Assembly: GCA_040901675.1 (NCBI GenBank) | Contig: JBBDYJ010000035.1 | Coordinates: 160,001 to 224,000 of the forward strand | Length of the DNA: 64,000 nt | From: Pirellulales bacterium | Lineage (GTDB): Bacteria > Planctomycetota > Planctomycetia > Pirellulales > JAICIG01 | Direction of reading: 5' to 3' | Made by a program: the position numbers and the translations under genes | The notes under the pieces: model-generated | What the model saw: only the letters and a program-made list of their open reading frames with translations | What the model was told of the DNA's origin: nothing | The model's database searches: none | Shown here: piece by piece, positions 58,267-64,000 of the stretch | Position numbering within the stretch: the stretch's first letter is position 1 | Layout: each line of letters begins with the position of its first letter

Positions 58267-58860
58267 TCACGCCTTGAGCCGTGGCAAAAACCTCCCCACC
58301 CGCTGCATGTAGTCCCGGTACTCGTGGCCAAATCGCTCGATCAGTTTCTCTTCCTCGATCCGAGTCCGAACTACCAGGAAACCGAACGGAATGATGCCAG
58401 CCAACAGCAAAAACCAGTTTGCTGCAACCAGACTCCCGCCGATGATGCCCAGCGCAAATGCCAGATAAAAGGGATGCCGAACAAAGCGGTAGGGGCCGCT
58501 GGTGACGAGAGAATGCTCTCTTCTCGTAACGACTGTGTCCGTCAGATTCCTGCCGAGGGTGCGAAAGGTCCATACAACAAGGACTCCACAGAATCCTACG
58601 ATGGCAAGCCCGATCCAGCGCAGCCAGTCGGGGAGCGGCATCGATGACCACGCCATCCATTGCGGGTTGATCAGCCAAGCAACAAGGCCACCGAACATCG
58701 GAATTCCGCTCAGCCGCAGTCCAAACAAGATGAAGGCACCTTCCTGCCAGCGGTCGAGCTTCTCGTCCGTCTGGGACCGAACCCGGCAATAGACGGCGAA
58801 CGGCATGAAGCTAGCGACGATGATCATAAAGAACAGGCGGAAGGAGTTGTCGTCGTTCAT
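58267..58860 (-). CDS. Isoprenylcysteine carboxyl methyltransferase (ICMT/PEMT) family membrane protein
   Basis: TLGRN, HSLVTSGPYRFVRHPFY, RIEEEKLIERFG…YRDY. Confidence 0.88.
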   Translation of the reverse strand: MNDDNSFRLFFMIIVASFMPFAVYCRVRSQTDEKLDRWQEGAFILFGLRLSGIPMFGGLVAWLINPQWMAWSSMPLPDWLRWIGLAIVGFCGVLVVWTFRTLGRNLTDTVVTRREHSLVTSGPYRFVRHPFYLAFALGIIGGSLVAANWFLLLAGIIPFGFLVVRTRIEEEKLIERFGHEYRDYMQRVGRFLPRLKA

Positions 58861-58878
58861 GGAGCCCCTGGCCAACGC

Positions 58879-60540
58879 TCAGTCTAGCGGATTCACCGGC
58901 TCGGGTGTTGGTGGGGACCGCTGGGCCTCGATCAGCAGGTCCTCTTCCGCCACGCGGCGGGGCTTGGCGATGCGCACGTGACGCACGGCCGTGACCACGG
59001 CCGGCACATTCGCCAGAAATATCACCACGCCGGCCAGCGGCACGGCGCACCAGAGTATGAACAGCTCATCGGGCACGATCGACTCGAACGTCGCATAACC
59101 CAGCGTCCAGATGGGGTTCGTGATCTCCAGCAGCGAGTAACCGCGCCGCAGATCAGGGATCATCAGGTGGATCGTCAACGGAATGAAGCACCCCGCCAGC
59201 AGCAGCAGCACCTGCACCAGCACCCCCAACAGCATGGGCACCTGGATGAACCTCCGTAGCCCGCTCAGCAACAACCGGCCCAGGCCAAGGTACACGGTCA
59301 CATAGCCCAGCCCCAACCCGCCGAACGTCAGCAGCCTTTCGAGGGTCATTGCTCCGGACCAGGATGGCGTCGGCATGGGATTGAACATCAGCCAAATCAA
59401 CACGCCGATCAACGTCATCAGGGCGACCGAAATCAGGTTGGCAAAGGCAAACATGAATCCGGTTGCCGGGCCCGGTGCGAACCAGGTCAGAAAAGCGCGG
59501 CCCAGGAAGCTTTGCGGCAACTGGCGGCGGACGCGCTGCGACAGCTCGCCCGACTCGCTGTTCATGAAGACGCCCATCGCGTACCAGTGAAGGCCGCTCA
59601 TCATCAGGAACACCAACAGAAATTCCATCTCGCCATACTTGAGCCAGGCCCAACCCATCCAGCCGGCGAACAGGACCTGCTGGGCCACCATCACCATCCG
59701 CAGCGCGGTCGAGCGGTTGTCGCTGGCAAAGGTCAACTGGGCCGAGGCCGCCGCCGCCAGCAGGGCGAAATAGCCCCAGTAGCCGGTCAAAAAGGCGGCA
59801 TTGCCGATCCAGAATTCCTCGTCCTGGAACGGCAGGCTGTTCCAGCCCACCATTTCGAAGACCAGCGCGCAACTGCCCCAGAAAGCCAGGCCCAGGCCGA
59901 AGATCAGAAACACGGAGAGCACGACTTGCCAGTGCTTTTCGGCCGTGACGGTGGCGATCAAAAGCCCGGCCAGCGACAAGCCCAGCGAGCCCAGAAAGGT
60001 ATAGAACAGCATGAACAGGATGGTGGGCATGTCGATGCCCTCCAGCATGTAGGTGAACGCCAGGCAGGGGGCAATGCCGGAAAAGTAGACCAGCATCTGC
60101 AAGACGGCGCTGCCCAGCTTGCCGCTCACGATCTGCCTGGGCTTGAGCGTGGTGACGCTGAGCATTTCATAGGTGCCGTCCTCCCGCTCGCCGGCCAGCG
60201 AGCGAAATGCTCCGAACGGCACAATCACCAGCAGTGGAAACGACAGCACCACGTAATAGCCGGCGAACAGCCAGACGCCTTGGGCGCCGTAAAAGATGCC
60301 CGGCCCGATCAGGGCCACGCCCAGCATCGACCAGACCCAGCCGCATGCCAGCACCAGGGCAAAGGTGATTCCGAACTGCCGGCTCTTGAGCGCCTGGCGG
60401 GTCTCCTTGACCAGGATCGGATTCAACCACTCGCTGAATCGGCCCAAAACCTGTTCGGCCCGGCTCCACCAGCGACGATCCGCCGGCTCGCTGACCGGCT
60501 CATCGCCGTCGCGGGCCACGACCGGCTCCAGCGTGGTCAT
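58879..60540 (-). CDS. ABC-2-type permease-like polytopic membrane protein
   Basis: NPILVKETRQALKSR, SLAGEREDGTYEML…IVSGKL; many TM segments; ATGA overlap with the ATPase. Confidence 0.8.
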   Translation of the reverse strand: MTTLEPVVARDGDEPVSEPADRRWWSRAEQVLGRFSEWLNPILVKETRQALKSRQFGITFALVLACGWVWSMLGVALIGPGIFYGAQGVWLFAGYYVVLSFPLLVIVPFGAFRSLAGEREDGTYEMLSVTTLKPRQIVSGKLGSAVLQMLVYFSGIAPCLAFTYMLEGIDMPTILFMLFYTFLGSLGLSLAGLLIATVTAEKHWQVVLSVFLIFGLGLAFWGSCALVFEMVGWNSLPFQDEEFWIGNAAFLTGYWGYFALLAAAASAQLTFASDNRSTALRMVMVAQQVLFAGWMGWAWLKYGEMEFLLVFLMMSGLHWYAMGVFMNSESGELSQRVRRQLPQSFLGRAFLTWFAPGPATGFMFAFANLISVALMTLIGVLIWLMFNPMPTPSWSGAMTLERLLTFGGLGLGYVTVYLGLGRLLLSGLRRFIQVPMLLGVLVQVLLLLAGCFIPLTIHLMIPDLRRGYSLLEITNPIWTLGYATFESIVPDELFILWCAVPLAGVVIFLANVPAVVTAVRHVRIAKPRRVAEEDLLIEAQRSPPTPEPVNPLD

Positions 60541-61487
60541 TGCACGTGCCCCTGGGTGACCTGCATGAACACCTCCTCCAGCGTCTTGGCCTGCCGGCCG
60601 AAGGCGACCACCCGCAGCCCCGCCTCGACCATCTCCCTGAGCAGTTCCGCCTCCGACTCCAGATCCCCCTGGTGCAGGAAGATCACCTGCTGGCCATCGA
60701 CCTCGATCTGCGAGATATCGGGCCGCCCGTTCAGCCAGTGGGCGACCGGCGCGGCATCGCCCAGCGCGCGGACCAGCACCTGGCTGACGTGATGCGCTTG
60801 CTGCCCTCGTTGGATTTCGGCCACCGAGCCGACGGCCAGCAGGCGGCCCTGCTCGATGATTCCGACCATGTCGCACATTTCGGCCAGCTCCGTGAGGATG
60901 TGCGAGCTGATCAGGATCGCCTTGCCGTCGGCGGCCAACCGGCGAATCATTTCCCGCAACTGGATGCGGGCTCGCGGATCAAGGCCGGCCGCCGGTTCGT
61001 CCAGGACCAGGACGGCCGGGTTGTGGATCATGGCCCGGCCCAGGCAGAGCCGCTGCTTCATCCCCTTGGAAAGACCGTTGGTCGGCTTGTCGGCCAGGGT
61101 GTCGAGCTTGGTGAAGCCCATCACGTAGCGCAGCGCGCGCAGCCGCTCGCTGCCCCGCAGGCCGTAGGCGCGGGCGAAGAAGTCGAGGTACTCGCGCACG
61201 TTGACGTTGGCGTAGGTGCCAAAAGAGTCTGGCATGAAGCCCAGGCGGTTGCGGACTCGGTCCGGATCGTTGACCACCGAGAAGCCATCGACGAAGGCGT
61301 CGCCCTGCGTGGGCATGTCGAGCGTGGCCAGGATCCGCATGCTGGTTGTCTTGCCGGCGCCGTTGGGTCCGATGTACCCGAAGACCTGCCCCCGCGCGAC
61401 TGAAAAGCTGACGTCGTTGACCGCCTTGGTGCGGCCGAAAAAGCGATACAGGCCCCTTAGCTCGATCATCGGGTGGCTGCTGATCAT
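60537..61487 (-). CDS. ABC exporter-type ATP-binding protein
   Basis: GPNGAGKTT, LSKGMKQR, LDEPAAGLD, SSHIL. Confidence 0.93.
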   Translation of the reverse strand: MISSHPMIELRGLYRFFGRTKAVNDVSFSVARGQVFGYIGPNGAGKTTSMRILATLDMPTQGDAFVDGFSVVNDPDRVRNRLGFMPDSFGTYANVNVREYLDFFARAYGLRGSERLRALRYVMGFTKLDTLADKPTNGLSKGMKQRLCLGRAMIHNPAVLVLDEPAAGLDPRARIQLREMIRRLAADGKAILISSHILTELAEMCDMVGIIEQGRLLAVGSVAEIQRGQQAHHVSQVLVRALGDAAPVAHWLNGRPDISQIEVDGQQVIFLHQGDLESEAELLREMVEAGLRVVAFGRQAKTLEEVFMQVTQGHVQ

Positions 61488-61492
61488 GGCGG

Positions 61493-63742
61493 CTACCAGG
61501 TCCCCGTGACGACGTGCAGGCTGGCCTGCTCCCTGACCCGCTCGACTCCGTAGAGCACTTCCGGTGATCGCTCGACGACGGCCACGTACGACCGCGGCGG
61601 CAGGGGCGCGGGGACCGGCTGGAAGCGCGACGTGTCGGCGAGGGCCCGGGAAATGCAGCGCTCCAGGCAGCTCGATTGCAGTGTCGCCGCCGGCGCGTTG
61701 GCCGAGGTGCTGGTCCCGTAGCTGTAGCGATAGCCCGAGCCGAACGAGTCGGCGAAGGCTTGGGGATCGAGTCCCTCGGGAACCCGAGGAGCATTGTCAA
61801 AAAAGACCTTCCCTAGCGCTTGCCGCTCGGCCTTCAAGTCGGCCGGCTCGAGGGGAGCTTCGGCGCCTTCCGCCACGTTCATGGCCCGAAAGTGTGTACC
61901 GCTCGAATCGGCCAGCAGCAATCGCTTGATGGCGGAACCGAGGCGGTTTTCAACGCGAGGCGGCCCTGAAGCAGACTCGATGAAACGCAAACCGGCCTGG
62001 GTTTGCCGGCTTCGGACGGTGAGCAGTTGCGTCCTGGTACGGGACGTCAGCCAGCCGCTGGGCAGGTGATACTCGTCGTCGTACCAGATCATGGTGCGGC
62101 GGCGAGCTTGGCTGCGGGAATCGGCGGTGCCTCGCGGCTCGATGGGCAATACGGCCACGTCGGATGGAAAGCGCAGGCCGCCCGACGGAGTCAAGCCGGA
62201 AAAATAGGACAGCCGGGACCAGCAAACCGCCTCGCCGCGACGCTGATCGATCTGGGTGTAACTGCGGCTCCGCACGCGGATATCGAGCCCGTCGGCCACG
62301 AGCGCATATCCGAACAACGCCAACGTGACCACCGATGCGCAAAGCGGCACCACCAGCACCAGCAGGTGCAACTGGCCGCGCCGCTTGAGCCAGAAATAAT
62401 TGAGCGGGCCGATGCAGACGACGAACAGGGTGATCAACAGCCTGAACTCGGTCACGGGGGCCATCCCCACGCCCGGCACCAGCCAATTCCAGAAGCCGAT
62501 GTTCTCACGCTGCATCGAGACGCCGTGGCGCCGGTACCACAACCAGCGGTCGGGAGAAAGCGTGTTGAGCACCCAGGCCCATTGACGGGTTGAAAGAGAA
62601 AAGGCGCTGTCCTTGGAAATGCCCACCACAACTCCCATGCCCAGAGGCCGGTAGACGAAAGGCGGGTGGGCCGGGTCGCCCGGCGGCTCCGCCTGCACCG
62701 GAGCAGCAGCGGGGACCGTCACCGGCACCCCGTCGGGGCCAACCTGCACGACCTCTGTTGGCTGTACGATGGTCTCACTTCGACCGAAAGGATTCTCCAC
62801 CAGGCCTTGATCGGCCGACTGCGGGGGCAGAGACCAGCCGCGGTGCATCGCATCGCCCCCGGCGGGCGTTTCCAGCCCAGGCAGCTCGAACGCCTTTTCG
62901 ACTTCACTGAGCCCGGCAAAATCGTCGCCCAGCCCTTCGACAAACAGGTTGCCCCCCGCCGCCACCCAGTCGCCCAGCGCCTTCAATCGCTTGGGATGAT
63001 CGACCAGCTCAACCAGCGCCGGCCTGGAAATGCAAATGATGTCCAACTGGGAATAATCGATCCACTTCGTCGGCAACCGGTCCACCGCCAGCCCGATCTG
63101 CGTGTTCAACTGGACTGGCGCCCCGGTCTGGACGGAGGCCGGCGCATAGTAGCCCTGGTTGCTGTCGGCGGGGAGCAGCTCGGCCAGGGCCGATGTATCC
63201 TCGCTGGCAACCGCCACGCCCACTGCCGCCGGAGCCGGGCCGGTCGCGGCCGGCGGTGCCGCGGCAGTGATGCAAAGAATGTTGGGCAGCGCTTCATTTC
63301 CATGGCTCCAGATGGGCAGGCCGATGCTCAACTGCGAAAGGGTTTTGGAGAAGCGGCCGTCCTCATAAACGGAAAGCTCGTATTGCGTCCAGGGAATATG
63401 CTGCGGCACCGACAGCACGCTCGTGACGCCGGTGCTGCCGGCCGGCAGCTCGATGTCCTGGCTCACCAACAAATCCTGGTTTCCCCCATACATCGAGCGG
63501 GCTCGAAACTCGATGGTGAGGGTGCGGTCCGCCGCGTTGGCGACGGTCGGGATCACATCGATCCAGACAGGCCGGAACCCGGCGCCGTTCACCCACCGCG
63601 TATCCACCGTCAGCGACAGCCCCTTGCCTGTCGTGGTGATGACGGTCCCCGAAGTCGCCAGCACCGCCCGCGGAAATGCCGCCAACACGACCAGAGCCAG
63701 GGCCGTCGATCGGACACAGCGCCAAATGGTCGGTGCGGACAC
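61493..63742 (-). CDS. Large membrane-anchored hypothetical protein of the ABC cluster
   Basis: Signal peptide, DWVAAGGNL (GATase-like fold motif), TM pair LFVVCIGPLNY…VLVVP. Confidence 0.75.
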   Translation of the reverse strand: MSAPTIWRCVRSTALALVVLAAFPRAVLATSGTVITTTGKGLSLTVDTRWVNGAGFRPVWIDVIPTVANAADRTLTIEFRARSMYGGNQDLLVSQDIELPAGSTGVTSVLSVPQHIPWTQYELSVYEDGRFSKTLSQLSIGLPIWSHGNEALPNILCITAAAPPAATGPAPAAVGVAVASEDTSALAELLPADSNQGYYAPASVQTGAPVQLNTQIGLAVDRLPTKWIDYSQLDIICISRPALVELVDHPKRLKALGDWVAAGGNLFVEGLGDDFAGLSEVEKAFELPGLETPAGGDAMHRGWSLPPQSADQGLVENPFGRSETIVQPTEVVQVGPDGVPVTVPAAAPVQAEPPGDPAHPPFVYRPLGMGVVVGISKDSAFSLSTRQWAWVLNTLSPDRWLWYRRHGVSMQRENIGFWNWLVPGVGMAPVTEFRLLITLFVVCIGPLNYFWLKRRGQLHLLVLVVPLCASVVTLALFGYALVADGLDIRVRSRSYTQIDQRRGEAVCWSRLSYFSGLTPSGGLRFPSDVAVLPIEPRGTADSRSQARRRTMIWYDDEYHLPSGWLTSRTRTQLLTVRSRQTQAGLRFIESASGPPRVENRLGSAIKRLLLADSSGTHFRAMNVAEGAEAPLEPADLKAERQALGKVFFDNAPRVPEGLDPQAFADSFGSGYRYSYGTSTSANAPAATLQSSCLERCISRALADTSRFQPVPAPLPPRSYVAVVERSPEVLYGVERVREQASLHVVTGTW

Positions 63743-63803
63743 AGGTTACCTCGATGGCTGGCGTTTGACGGTAAATCAAGCCGGTCTTGGATATTCAGAC
63801 AGT

Positions 63804-63998
63804 CTACCCCTGGGGCGGGCGGCCCGCGGGCGCTGGTGCGCCCGGCAGCGGAGGCGCGCTGGCCGCAAACGGCGTCTCGGCCCGCTGGCTGGCGGGCCGC
63901 CGCGACCGCGGCGCTACCAATGAGAATAGCCATATCACAAAGAACATCGCGCCATGGACCAGCATCGCCACGGCCAGCGCCGCCAGTGCGATCGTGAT
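63804..63998 (-). CDS. 3' end of a membrane protein, truncated by the window edge
   Basis: Open frame ITIALAALAVAMLVHGAMFFVIWLFSLV…PPQG*, stop at 63804-63806. Confidence 0.55.
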   Translation of the reverse strand: MTIALAALAVAMLVHGAMFFVIWLFSLVAPRSRRPASQRAETPFAASAPPLPGAPAPAGRPPQG

Positions 63999-64000
63999 GG

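Overview
High-GC bacterial chromosome segment, most likely from a Planctomycetes (Pirellulales-like) organism. This is inferred from DUF1501, Uma2, a Tat-exported Hyi-like protein, the extended sigma factor and the RpoB/RpoC style. The core is the translation/transcription superoperon: an extended sigma-70 factor, tRNA-Thr/Tyr/Gly/Thr, tuf, tRNA-Trp, secE, nusG, rplK-rplA-rplJ-rplL and rpoB-rpoC. It is flanked by housekeeping genes (rpmA, obgE, coaX, an mnmE-like gene, tadA, rpiB, ligA, uvrA), two ABC transporter clusters and signalling genes. Accessory patches: (i) a low-GC two-gene cassette at 7.9-9.2 kb encoding a small acidic protein plus a protein with a HEPN-like RxxxxH motif, the best candidate for an undescribed defence or toxin-antitoxin system; (ii) a VapBC-type module whose toxin is reduced to an N-terminal stub read in frame into a DUF1501 gene; (iii) a low-GC patch after rpoC with a frameshifted RHS-like fragment, an orphan ORF and an ankyrin protein. 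Other oddities are a degenerate TsaC/Sua5 domain fused to a YwlE-type phosphatase, a pseudo-receiver sigma-54 activator, a tRNA-Thr with a non-canonical T-loop, GTAG-type REP-like palindromes, and a dense series of unrelated 13-28 bp tandem duplications at gene starts and ends. All calls come from reading motifs by eye; no database searches were run.
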